From NCBI GenBank assembly GCA_046116545.1, contig CP175956.1, positions 1,170,912 through 1,234,911 on the forward strand: a stretch of DNA of 64,000 bases, in the 5' to 3' direction. Below, piece after piece: positions 50,447-59,640 of this stretch. The notes beneath the pieces are model-generated. The model saw nothing but the letters and a program-made list of their open reading frames with translations. It ran no database searches and was not told the DNA's origin. The translations under genes and the position numbers were made by a program. How positions within the stretch are numbered: the first letter of the stretch is position 1; the number at the start of each line of letters is the position of its first letter. The DNA is from Candidatus Moraniibacteriota bacterium. GTDB taxonomy: Bacteria; Patescibacteriota; Minisyncoccia; Moranbacterales; GCA-2747515.

Positions 50447-50488
50447 TAAAAATAAAAATTGCTTCGTAGAATTTATCTACGAAGCAAT
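50447..50488 (-). terminator. Intrinsic terminator of the 50512-51711 gene, with a second weaker hairpin at about 50423-50449
   Basis: 13-bp perfect stem attgcttcgtaga/tctacgaagcaat with a 5-nt loop; T-run on the minus strand. Confidence 0.55.
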
Positions 50489-50511
50489 TATACTTCCCTA
50501 CAGACTTACGA

Positions 50512-51711
50512 CTATGTCGTAACTTCTGCAGTTATTTCTTCACTCTTTTCTTCTTCATCTCCCTTAAGAATGTCGATATCCTTCTTGAACGCTATAATTA
50601 GAGATACTAAGAAAGCTACCAGAAATGGTCCCACCAACGCACCCTTGAGACCGTATGCATTCATCCCTGCAATCATGCAAAGCATCAATGCAACAGCTGA
50701 TAATGTTGCTTCCTCGCCACCTAAGACTTTGAACTTGATCCAGTTATCACATGTTGCAACAAGAACTGTTGCAACAAGTAAAACACCTGTTGCTATATAA
50801 TGACCTTGCACTGCACTAATAACAACTAACCCGATTACTACTGGGGTTGCTACAAGCGGAAGTCCACAAGCAGATGTCGCAATAGCCAGTATGGCAATAA
50901 CCAAAAGCACAGCTATGTCTACAGGCATATACATAAAACAATATATCCCCACAATAAGCGTAGCCAAACCTCCCTGTCCCAAGCCAACTGCTACCATACT
51001 TTTTACAAGACTATTCATAACCTTCTGGACATCCAGGAGGATTTGTCTCGTATCCTCTTTTCCAAAAAAGGCGATATGCGGAAGCAGCCACTCTATCATC
51101 TTTTTACCTCTCAAAAGAAAAATAATTACGGCTACTACAGTTATGCTTATATCAACAAAGATCTTCCACACTTTTGCTAAAGTACCTGTAACTGCTCCGA
51201 GAACTGATTTACTTAATTTGCCAATCATACCACCACCCTGAAGTAGGACAGTGACACTGCCAAAATTTGAATCAGCTATCTCTATAGCCTTGTCCACAAA
51301 CATTGTTGACCATTCATGTTTTTTCTTTACTTTTACAAGCAAGTCCACAGCCTCTTCCTGAAATTCCGTAACCATAGTACTTCCATCCTTCACAGCCTCA
51401 ATTCCAGTATCAATCTTGTTGATACCATATACCCCAAAGCCCACCATCACAATAAAACACATGCCAATAAATGACATTATCATTATTGCTATAGCCGTCT
51501 TTGCTCTTCCTCCCAAAAACTCACTGAGAGGCTGATATACCGTTGGATACAACGCCGATGCTAATACTGCACCAATAAAAAATTGTGATACAAATGGTGT
51601 TATCATGGGCATAGTCACCCACATCATAAAAGCAACAAAAACTGCCCCTGCTACTTTCATTACTACTACCTTGTCTTTGGCTGTGTACCTGATATTTGGT
51701 CGTGTTTTCAC
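50512..51711 (-). CDS. Polytopic membrane protein, possibly AI-2E family transporter-like
   Basis: 399 aa, about 8-9 TM with a soluble loop after TM3; C-terminal GLKGALVGPFLVAFLV region resembles the AI-2E end motif; the assignment is weak. Confidence 0.4.
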   Translation of the reverse strand: MKTRPNIRYTAKDKVVVMKVAGAVFVAFMMWVTMPMITPFVSQFFIGAVLASALYPTVYQPLSEFLGGRAKTAIAIMIMSFIGMCFIVMVGFGVYGINKIDTGIEAVKDGSTMVTEFQEEAVDLLVKVKKKHEWSTMFVDKAIEIADSNFGSVTVLLQGGGMIGKLSKSVLGAVTGTLAKVWKIFVDISITVVAVIIFLLRGKKMIEWLLPHIAFFGKEDTRQILLDVQKVMNSLVKSMVAVGLGQGGLATLIVGIYCFMYMPVDIAVLLVIAILAIATSACGLPLVATPVVIGLVVISAVQGHYIATGVLLVATVLVATCDNWIKFKVLGGEEATLSAVALMLCMIAGMNAYGLKGALVGPFLVAFLVSLIIAFKKDIDILKGDEEEKSEEITAEVTT

Positions 51712-51824
51712 TTTTTATCTCCCAAAATAAATTGATTTTAAAAAACCAACAAAGCAATTTCGTGCTTTCATCGATGTTTCTTCAGTTGATATATAAGACA
51801 TGATTGCCTTACATGATTGTATGA

Positions 51825-53000
51825 CTATACTGCATGTTCTTGAGATATTTTATCCCATTTGATCATGCCCTCCTTAAATCGTTTTGATCGAAGATACTCA
51901 ATGAACATTCCCGCTTCAATACAACGTGATTTTGGTGGATTAACTTCAAGCTTGCCACCAGCTTTGTGACCTGCTGCAATTGCATCTGCTTTATTATTTC
52001 CTGACTTGAAAAATCTCTTCAAATCATCCCAACTACATCCGTCGAAATCCTCCGGAACTTGCAAACGATATTTTGTTTGTCCATCAGCATCTATCATATC
52101 CATCATGGTATACGATGATCCTGGATCCTGTATGCACCTAGCAATTAGCTCAGGCATACTAGTTGGAACAGGCTCGATGTTTTCCCCAAGAAGTTTAACA
52201 ACAGGAGCATTTTCATGCATTACGTCAAACGCAACTACAATATGAGCCTTTGGATTTACATTTCTCATAATGATACATAATGCGATGTTATAATTATCAT
52301 CACCTGTATCAATCAAAATTCTAGCAGCATCTGCGATACGTGCCTCTTTGAGAAATTTGTCAGACTTAAATCCTGTCTTGGTGCTTTTGCCACTGACAAT
52401 TCCACTCATTGGGTTTTTGTCATACCTCTCCTTATCAAAGCATAACAATAATTGTCGTTTTTCTCTACGAGTGTCGGCCAAAATATTATCAATGATAATA
52501 TTTGTTCTATTTCGTTGAAACGAAATAATTGGTATATGATCTTTTATACTCACAATGATATCTCCATGATATATTTTGTACGAAATTTTCCAAAAATCTT
52601 TAACCAACATTGCACCATAAGCAACTAAAAAGGCCGGGTAAAAATTGAATGAAAATGCAGAAACTAGCCTACCCATTTCTGACACAGGAGCCACATCTCC
52701 AAGTCCAACTGTTGAACTCAAAGCACTGACAAAATATAAATAATTTATCCAATTAGTTATATCGTTGTCAACAGGCTCAAATGAAATAAATATTCCCCAA
52801 TTAAAAAGAAAATATGACACCCAAATTATGACGGGCCACTTTGACTTAAATAGCTCTTTTTCTATTTCTAGAAAAATAAACGCTGCAGTAGCCGACTGTG
52901 ACTCCAGTCTCCCATATACAAACCCACGTACTTTTTTTGCAATACTTAGCAAATTAGCACGTATACCTGATAATATATTTTTTGACTTATTCACATTCAA
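51825..53000 (-). CDS. Two-TM potassium-channel-like protein with a noncanonical TVGLGD pore motif and a C-terminal cytoplasmic domain
   Basis: TM1, then pore helix plus STVGLGDVAP, then TM2 (KcsA-like layout); the C-terminal ~250 aa are not clearly RCK (no GxGxxG). Confidence 0.5.
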   Translation of the reverse strand: MNVNKSKNILSGIRANLLSIAKKVRGFVYGRLESQSATAAFIFLEIEKELFKSKWPVIIWVSYFLFNWGIFISFEPVDNDITNWINYLYFVSALSSTVGLGDVAPVSEMGRLVSAFSFNFYPAFLVAYGAMLVKDFWKISYKIYHGDIIVSIKDHIPIISFQRNRTNIIIDNILADTRREKRQLLLCFDKERYDKNPMSGIVSGKSTKTGFKSDKFLKEARIADAARILIDTGDDNYNIALCIIMRNVNPKAHIVVAFDVMHENAPVVKLLGENIEPVPTSMPELIARCIQDPGSSYTMMDMIDADGQTKYRLQVPEDFDGCSWDDLKRFFKSGNNKADAIAAGHKAGGKLEVNPPKSRCIEAGMFIEYLRSKRFKEGMIKWDKISQEHAV

Positions 53001-53169
53001 TCCCCCTCCTTTTCATCACAGTTTTCTGATATATTTTGTTAAAAAAACTAAAATCTAACACAATTTACACATTATAAATTGACTCATCAGATTAGCATAA
53101 ATTACAAAAGAAATCAAGTATAGTATCTTACATCCCACCTTCAACCTTAATCACAAATAAATATAAAAG

Positions 53170-53246
53170 CCTGTCATTCCGGAAGATATTATTTGTATCA
53201 GAGCGGTTAGCGATGATAACCAAATAAATCTGTCCGGAATCTATAC
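53170..53246. repeat. Intergenic palindromic repeat, long form
   Basis: cctgtcattccggaag...tctgtccggaatctatac; same termini as 48827-48906. Confidence 0.55.
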
Positions 53247-53410
53247 TGTGACATTAAAGGTCAGCTTTCGTACAAGTGATTTTTTGATGGATGGACAGGC
53301 ACAAGGCACTGTCCCTACTAAAAATCTATTTTACGAAATGACAGAAATTCAATATTTTTGTTGATTGAAATTTGAATTAGAATTCAGGAGTAAATGATAC
53401 TATCCCTACA

Positions 53411-53452
53411 AAAAATAAAAAGCTGCAGAAACATTATATAATGTTTCTGCAG
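53411..53452 (-). terminator. Intrinsic terminator of the 53461-54447 gene
   Basis: 13-bp perfect stem ctgcagaaacatt/aatgtttctgcag with a 4-nt loop; A-run upstream on +, so a T-run on the minus strand. Confidence 0.6.
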
Positions 53453-53460
53453 TTAACTAC

Positions 53461-54447
53461 TTATTGTTCTTTTTTTGGGAGATCTAGCCTAGACTCCTCA
53501 TCAGGTTCCCAGTCTAGTTCAAAAGCATCATCAATTTCTTCTTCCTCAACTTCAAAACCAATTTCGCCTTCATCAATATCCAACAATGAAAGTTCCCGAT
53601 CATCATCAAGTTCCGAATCTCCTCCATCTTCTATATCAAATATTCCTAAATCCAAATCATCCTCTTCATCATCAAGAAAAGTAGATGATACAGACTCATC
53701 CTCAATTTCATCTTCTTGTGTATCTGTCATTACTGGTTCAGTATCCAATATTGATATAGTGCCTATCTCTGAATTCATTGCGGTTAGTTTGTCAGATAAT
53801 TCACCCAATTCTGCTGTAACAACCTGCTGTAACATGTTGATTAAACCACTGAAATGATCTACTAAATGATCATTATTTTCACCTACCTGTTGTAATAAAT
53901 TGGCAACAATAGTATCAATAGCCAGCTCTCCAGTTTGAGTGCCACTATGCTTATAAAACTTTTGCAATGATGCGTCCATGGCAGTGCTCAATCGTGTAAC
54001 CTCTCTTCCTTCGACATCACGCATTTCAGTGAGTTCTTCACGTAATTCATCACCCTCTTTACGCAATGCTACAATCATTTGTTGTGCCTCTGCCTCACCT
54101 TCCTGCAATCGTTTACGTTCTTTTTCAACTAACTCAAGAGTCTTTTTCACACCTCCCAACTCACTAACACGCTCATAGAGAGCATCAGCCTTGTCTTCTT
54201 CCTTCACTAATCGCTTATTAAATTGAAATGCAAGTCTACTAAACCCTGCTACCATGAAAGCCAGTGCTACAATACAAATTGTAGCCCCAGCATTCATGCC
54301 CATCCATGCTAACAACTCGCTTGATGAATCTGCAATATTTGTAGTTAAATAACTCCAAGATACTTGTGCTGACTCTCGTAAAGTTTCAATCATTTTTCCC
54401 ATCTCCAAGTTATAATTTTGTATTGTAAAACAACAATTAATTTGCAA
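53461..54447 (-). CDS. Single-pass membrane protein with a coiled-coil domain and a highly acidic C-terminal tail
   Basis: TM (ATICIVALAFMVAGF), a long Glu/Lys-rich helical region, and a C-terminal DDEEDDLDLGIFDIEDGGDSELDDD tail; the real start is probably an internal Met. Confidence 0.45.
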   Translation of the reverse strand: MQINCCFTIQNYNLEMGKMIETLRESAQVSWSYLTTNIADSSSELLAWMGMNAGATICIVALAFMVAGFSRLAFQFNKRLVKEEDKADALYERVSELGGVKKTLELVEKERKRLQEGEAEAQQMIVALRKEGDELREELTEMRDVEGREVTRLSTAMDASLQKFYKHSGTQTGELAIDTIVANLLQQVGENNDHLVDHFSGLINMLQQVVTAELGELSDKLTAMNSEIGTISILDTEPVMTDTQEDEIEDESVSSTFLDDEEDDLDLGIFDIEDGGDSELDDDRELSLLDIDEGEIGFEVEEEEIDDAFELDWEPDEESRLDLPKKEQ

Positions 54448-54499
54448 TCAAATAAATTTGATATATAACTATATCACTGATACTACATTTGGTCAATTA

Positions 54500-54542
54500 T
54501 AAATAAAAAGCTGCTACGATATTTTGTAATATCGTAGCAGCT
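54500..54542 (-). terminator. Intrinsic terminator of the 54563-55783 gene
   Basis: 14-bp perfect stem agctgctacgatat/atatcgtagcagct with a 6-nt loop; T-run on the minus strand. Confidence 0.6.
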
Positions 54543-54562
54543 ATACTGTACCTCACACGCAA

Positions 54563-55783
54563 TTATTTATTGCGCTGTGCTTTTTCAAAATCTCCAACAG
54601 TTTGTAAATCATCTTCATCAATAGAATCCTCTGTCATATCCACTTCAGAAAGATACACAAATGTATTCAACTTTTTAAGCATGAGCGCAGCCATCTCCAA
54701 TAAGTCAATTGGATCTGTAGAGTCATTGATATCTACAACTGGCTTTGTTGATACCATTTTTGGAATTAACTCAAGTCCTTCAACACTCTTTTCAAGTTGC
54801 TTCATCAACGCCTGTCGATCACCTGCAAGCAATCTTGTGATCAGATCCTCATCAACTGATTTATTCACAATAATTACTTTTTTCTTAATAGTGTCAAGTT
54901 GGTTACTGGATTCTGCATTCAATTCTGCAACAGTCCATGTGTGAATGCCTGAACGTTCACTCTGTATAGCAGTGAGACGCTTATCTATATCAACTTGATA
55001 TTGCTTGATAGCTTTTTCAACAAGCTTATCAAGATCAACTTCCGGTGCACTCTTAGCATCCTCAAGCTTCTTCACCAGACCGTCAGTAAGAGTTTCCAGT
55101 GACTTATTAATTGAATCACTTCCGTCTCCAAGTTGTTTCTTTACAAAATCATGCAATTCCTGCATCGGAACTTTCATCTCTGCGGCCACATTTTCAGCCA
55201 GCGCTTTACCATTATCATCAGGACCGATAGTAATCACTGCACCAATGACTTCAGCCATTTCTTTGAGATTAGTCAGGACCTCTTTGTTAAAAATTGGCAC
55301 AGAAATTGGATTTTCATCAACTCCTGATGATTGTTTCAATTCACCCACAGGACTTACCTCAAGTTCCTTGAAAAAATCAACCCCATAAAACTCACGCAAG
55401 GCTTCTAAATTACTCAACTTACGTCGACCAATTTTATCAGCTATTTCTTGCTCAAGCTTTTGCTTGTCTTGTGTCAGCTTTTTAACATCATTCTCTGACT
55501 TCTTGATGATTTTATCTAACACCTTTATTTGATCTTGACTTGCTAAGTCATATTTTTTCAATCGCGCAATTTTTTTCAATCGCTTTTTAGTGGCACGTTT
55601 CTGTGCCCAAATCACCGCACACAGTACGATAAATAGAATCCCAACTCCTCCAATTGCAATAGCAAACGGAGAATTTGTCAAAAATTCTTCCCCAAAATTT
55701 GTCATTACATTCTTAACAGACTCAATAATTTCGCCTACTTCAACTCTAATGTTGCCATCAGTTACACTTATCACACTTGCCAT
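54563..55783 (-). CDS. Single-pass membrane protein with coiled-coil domains and an acidic C-terminus (paralogous architecture to 53461-54447)
   Basis: TM (FAIAIGGVGILFIVLCAVIW), then KRATKKRLKK, then coiled-coil segments, then a C-terminal EDSIDEDD. Confidence 0.45.
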   Translation of the reverse strand: MASVISVTDGNIRVEVGEIIESVKNVMTNFGEEFLTNSPFAIAIGGVGILFIVLCAVIWAQKRATKKRLKKIARLKKYDLASQDQIKVLDKIIKKSENDVKKLTQDKQKLEQEIADKIGRRKLSNLEALREFYGVDFFKELEVSPVGELKQSSGVDENPISVPIFNKEVLTNLKEMAEVIGAVITIGPDDNGKALAENVAAEMKVPMQELHDFVKKQLGDGSDSINKSLETLTDGLVKKLEDAKSAPEVDLDKLVEKAIKQYQVDIDKRLTAIQSERSGIHTWTVAELNAESSNQLDTIKKKVIIVNKSVDEDLITRLLAGDRQALMKQLEKSVEGLELIPKMVSTKPVVDINDSTDPIDLLEMAALMLKKLNTFVYLSEVDMTEDSIDEDDLQTVGDFEKAQRNK

Positions 55784-55868
55784 AATCTTTTCCTCTCCAA
55801 AAATGAGATATTTCGTTTAGCTAATTACTTTTTACACAAATAACTAACCTATTTTATACTTCCAATTT

Positions 55869-55967
55869 CTACTCCAATTTAAAAATCCAACGCACAAAAA
55901 TACTAAATGATATAACTGCCACAACAATTGCACCCAAAAGTGCACTTGCATGTATCCAATTATCCAT
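55869..55967 (-). CDS. Unannotated 32-aa hydrophobic mini-protein (MDNWIHASALLGAIVVAVISFSIFVRWIFKLE)
   Basis: Manual translation; one TM; its start overlaps the stop of the 55960-56223 ORF by 8 nt. Confidence 0.25.
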   Translation of the reverse strand: MDNWIHASALLGAIVVAVISFSIFVRWIFKLE

Positions 55968-56223
55968 AACCTATCACCCTCCCAAATCTAAATGTGGTAC
56001 TACAGCCTCGCTTCCTTTGTAACCATAAAAAATATACAAAAACAAATAAAGCAATACACAATATCAACATAGCTCGAATAGATTCCATCACAAGGGCTGC
56101 TGTTCGATATACAGTAATACTGATTAATCTAAATGGCATCACAAGAAATATTATCCAAATAAGTTTAGACATATCACTCACCTTCTTGAAATTATTTTTC
56201 AAATTTTCTGTCTTTAGGCACAA
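55960..56223 (-). CDS. Small two-TM membrane protein (possibly starting at the internal Met, about 56175)
   Basis: 87-aa ORF; two hydrophobic helices; its 5' end overlaps the 46-aa mini-ORF. Confidence 0.35.
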   Translation of the reverse strand: MCLKTENLKNNFKKVSDMSKLIWIIFLVMPFRLISITVYRTAALVMESIRAMLILCIALFVFVYFLWLQRKRGCSTTFRFGRVIGYG

Positions 56224-56332
56224 AAATAATACAAGCTATAAAACTTGTAACAATCACTGATACAATAATAATCGTCTCAATGTTATTTGCAATAACTGGT
56301 ACTGACTGCAATAAATCCTGAATCATTATCAT
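56192..56332 (-). CDS. Unannotated 46-aa single-TM mini-protein (MIMIQDLLQSVPVIANNIETIIIVSVIVTSFIACIIFVPKDRKFEK)
   Basis: Manual translation of the minus strand; ATG at 56332; TAA stop at 56194-56192. Confidence 0.25.
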   Translation of the reverse strand: MIMIQDLLQSVPVIANNIETIIIVSVIVTSFIACIIFVPKDRKFEK

Positions 56333-56490
56333 GCTATTTTCTCCTCAATATTCAATTATTAAATTACATCTGAAAAATATACCTATACTTTTCACAATTA
56401 TATTTACAAAAAATAAATACTGTTGTAAAAACTATTGTGCTTTGAGTATTGATATCAATACTCAAAGCACGCTCCTTTAAATTGTTGAAT

Positions 56491-58263
56491 TTATAATGTC
56501 ACAACCTGATCTTCATCCATAGGCTCTGCCTTTTGGATAGTTGCCCATGGCATTTTGGATATTGCTGTCATAATGTTTCTCTGAGCATACATTCCCATGC
56601 CCATGCCTACATGTACAGCTGATCCCAAGACCTTGCCAGATGCATTGATGACGCTTTGACCTGTTGCCTGCAATGCCTGCAACTTTCCACCATCAATACT
56701 AATTTGACGTAAGCGTCTAGCCTCTTTTCTACTATCTTTATTGATAAGCATTACGAGACGATTATTGCCGATTACAAATCGACCTATCTTCCACTTACGA
56801 AACATGTACATACGATGTTTCCCACCTAGTGACATCTTGCCAAAAAATGTTTTTGCTAATATTACAGAAATGAATTCAAAGACTTTGTTCACACCAAGTT
56901 TTCTCAAACCTGCTCCAAACAATCCCATCACAGTCCTGAAACCAGCAAAAATTTTAATGAGAACGCCCTTTGGAAAAAGTGGATAAATAAAATCAGCAGA
57001 ACCACCCATCAACCAAATTGCTGTCATGCCAATAATGCACCAAAACATCTGTCTGGGAAATGATAATGATTTATAATGAGTCACTGCTCTATCTTTGTAT
57101 TTACCAAAGAATAACTTCGCCCACATAACTTTTTCATTTTTTAACGCTCTTGCTTTCTTATTCGCAAAAAATTGCGTAATAGCAAGTGCAATGCCTAACT
57201 TAATAGCACCTCTTGCGCTCACCTTTTGTGCTGCAAAGACTCCAAAATTTTTGGCCTGTGCCCATGAAAGAGTAGTTATCAAAGTAATGCCACGTCCCCA
57301 CCACAGTTTTGTAAAACTGATGATGTAACCTGTGTACAAAATTGCTTTACTCTTTATGAAAATAAGCACTTTTAATATGATACTTCTCCAAACAATGGTT
57401 ACAGCAGCAAAAAAGTGTACATCCCACACCAATTGGCAAATGAGAATAATTATACTGAGTATGATACATAACCATATTACAGGACAAATCTGTCTTTTAA
57501 CCTTTACAGTAAGCCTGCTCCATATACGCCACATTATCGTAGTTCCCATAATTGCAGCAACTTCGATAACAAACATAGCTTTGGAGATGGTCAATCTATA
57601 ACACACCCACTTCACTGCAAATGTAACAACTCCTACTTCCCCACAAAAAAATAAAATATTGCGAGCTTTCTGAGTCATTGATTCAAATACAGCATTCAAA
57701 TTATGCAATATACATAATATTGGCAATGTAATTGTCACCAAAATACCAAACGGTACAATTGATTTGCATACCAGCTTATGTACATTCACAACAGTGGCCA
57801 TAAAAATATCCTGTGCCAATTTCTGACTGAAATTCACAATGGAATGCCACAAAATTATTGCATCTTGCAGAGACCTTACATCACCCTTGTTATGTAACAA
57901 GGCCAAGGCAAATGCCCAAACAGGCACCCATCTCAATAAAACACGAATTGACTCTTTTTTTTCATCTGACAATCTCGGCCATATAAATGACCATGTGGAC
58001 CACGTCAATACTAACGTAAACCAGATTGTAGCAAATACAACGATACTACCGTGTTGCCAATGTGACCCTCCAAAGATTGCTATTGCCATCTGCAATATAA
58101 CTGCATACTCCAAGAAAAAAATAAATACACTTTTCACACGTGAATGTACTACTTGTTGCAATAAATTTCCTTGATGCAATAACATACATGGTCTCATCAA
58201 TAGCACGATAGCAAAGATGGACCACAGGTCATGCCTTGTAATACCAAGCGCTGTAATATCCAT
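56491..58263 (-). CDS. Large (590 aa) polytopic membrane protein, Trp/Lys/Cys-rich, unknown family
   Basis: At least 10 hydrophobic segments; no transporter-like G/A-rich motifs; first gene of a tightly packed four-gene minus-strand operon. Confidence 0.5.
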   Translation of the reverse strand: MDITALGITRHDLWSIFAIVLLMRPCMLLHQGNLLQQVVHSRVKSVFIFFLEYAVILQMAIAIFGGSHWQHGSIVVFATIWFTLVLTWSTWSFIWPRLSDEKKESIRVLLRWVPVWAFALALLHNKGDVRSLQDAIILWHSIVNFSQKLAQDIFMATVVNVHKLVCKSIVPFGILVTITLPILCILHNLNAVFESMTQKARNILFFCGEVGVVTFAVKWVCYRLTISKAMFVIEVAAIMGTTIMWRIWSRLTVKVKRQICPVIWLCIILSIIILICQLVWDVHFFAAVTIVWRSIILKVLIFIKSKAILYTGYIISFTKLWWGRGITLITTLSWAQAKNFGVFAAQKVSARGAIKLGIALAITQFFANKKARALKNEKVMWAKLFFGKYKDRAVTHYKSLSFPRQMFWCIIGMTAIWLMGGSADFIYPLFPKGVLIKIFAGFRTVMGLFGAGLRKLGVNKVFEFISVILAKTFFGKMSLGGKHRMYMFRKWKIGRFVIGNNRLVMLINKDSRKEARRLRQISIDGGKLQALQATGQSVINASGKVLGSAVHVGMGMGMYAQRNIMTAISKMPWATIQKAEPMDEDQVVTL

Positions 58264-58278
58264 CTAAATTGCCTCCAA

Positions 58279-58569
58279 TTACTTTTTCATTTCAATCACA
58301 CGATTACTGTACGGCGCATCTGATTTATTTTTTTCGATTATTGCCTGATTAAGCAATATCGCAATAATAATTACCCATGCCAAAATGCCAAGGATAAAAT
58401 TACGCGTCGCTCTAACAGCACATTCACGAATAAACTTAATTGGTTTCTCTTTGATTTCCTCAATCGTGTACATAGACATCTCCTCAAAAAAAGAAAAGTG
58501 ACCACCACGACGATATCGTAGTGGCCACAAGAATATTTCATCTGTCACATTAATTATTATCCACTTCAT
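58279..58569 (-). CDS. Small single-TM protein
   Basis: 96 aa; 20-nt overlap with the upstream gene. Confidence 0.35.
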   Translation of the reverse strand: MKWIIINVTDEIFLWPLRYRRGGHFSFFEEMSMYTIEEIKEKPIKFIRECAVRATRNFILGILAWVIIIAILLNQAIIEKNKSDAPYSNRVIEMKK

Positions 58570-59074
58570 CAGTAGACATTTGTCCAGATAATCTTCTAAT
58601 CAAGATTCCCGTAGCCATCCCAACAGCAAACAGAATCGAAATGATAAATGTAGTATACCATTGCGCCTCACTTGCCTTTGTTAAATCAAGGTAACCATGA
58701 TCAATTAAGAACCACGTGGCCAAACCTGAAATGCCAAACATTGCAATAAGCCCAACTGTACCAAGTGCTTTCTTTGCCAGAAAGGCAAAAATTCCCCACA
58801 CAATAACAGCAGCTCCCACAGCAAGTGCTTTGGAACTCATAGCTGCATCAGATGTTTGTACCCATTTATATAAGCAGTACTGTGTGGGATTATATGTAGC
58901 CCACACAACAACCAAAGCATAAACCAACCTGGTATATAGAACTTCTACAAAATTTTGATTCTTGAATGATTTGAAAAAACTCGTAAATGCGAATTTCAAC
59001 ATTCCCTTTCCAGCAGCCTTTCCATGTTTAGTCGCAACAGCTTTTGCATTTTCCATCTTTTGCCTTACCTCCAT
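58550..59074 (-). CDS. Four-TM membrane protein, unknown family
   Basis: 174 aa; contiguous with the 59075-59371 gene. Confidence 0.45.
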   Translation of the reverse strand: MEVRQKMENAKAVATKHGKAAGKGMLKFAFTSFFKSFKNQNFVEVLYTRLVYALVVVWATYNPTQYCLYKWVQTSDAAMSSKALAVGAAVIVWGIFAFLAKKALGTVGLIAMFGISGLATWFLIDHGYLDLTKASEAQWYTTFIISILFAVGMATGILIRRLSGQMSTDEVDNN

Positions 59075-59371
59075 CTAAATTGATTTGAAAATATCGAGAG
59101 CATCATCATAGAGCTCATCAGATATTTGAAAACATTTTTCACCTGTATCAACAACATATGTAGTAGTTGTATCTGTCACATCAACAACAGCTACTGCCAT
59201 TGAACATGTGGTGCACATAGCTATATTAGCCTGTACCTCTGGTGGCATTTTTTTGCAAAATGCATGCCATCCATATGAAGTACTCACTATTATCACAGTT
59301 GGAATAAAAAATAAATACAATATTTTTTCCTTCCATGTAAATCTCCAGGCTATACTGAACCAATCCAACAT
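59075..59371 (-). CDS. Small N-terminally anchored protein with Cys-rich and Thr-rich segment
   Basis: 98 aa; TM followed by CKK...CTTCS...TDTTTTYVVDTG. Confidence 0.35.
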   Translation of the reverse strand: MLDWFSIAWRFTWKEKILYLFFIPTVIIVSTSYGWHAFCKKMPPEVQANIAMCTTCSMAVAVVDVTDTTTTYVVDTGEKCFQISDELYDDALDIFKSI

Positions 59372-59562
59372 AATTTCTCCTCCTGAATTATAAATTCAAC
59401 AATTGTTAAAATACTTTTTTGAAACATATTTATGTCACAAAATTTTATATACTATCTACAAATAATCTACAAAATTCTGTACATAACGCCTTAAAACTTC
59501 CAAAATGTTAATAAAATGACACGACCACTTATTATACATAATATTTTAAATTTGTCAATAAA

Positions 59563-59594
59563 AATTCCCACTGATGAATTCATCAGTGGGAATT
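59563..59594. terminator. Perfect 32-bp palindrome (aattcccactgatgaattcatcagtgggaatt) acting as a terminator for the 59641-60564 gene
   Basis: Read directly; it contains GAATTC at its centre; A-run upstream on +, so a T-run on the minus strand. Confidence 0.5.
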
Positions 59595-59640
59595 AGATCT
59601 ATCTGGATTTCCAGACTATATTTACTATATTGCTCAATGA

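Noticed and set aside
55869-58263. A Kdp-type K+ pump, with the 590-aa protein as KdpA and the mini-ORFs as KdpF
   Set aside because: The 590-aa protein is Trp/Lys/Cys-rich with no G/A-rich selectivity-filter repeats. No KdpB P-type ATPase (DKTGT motif) is present
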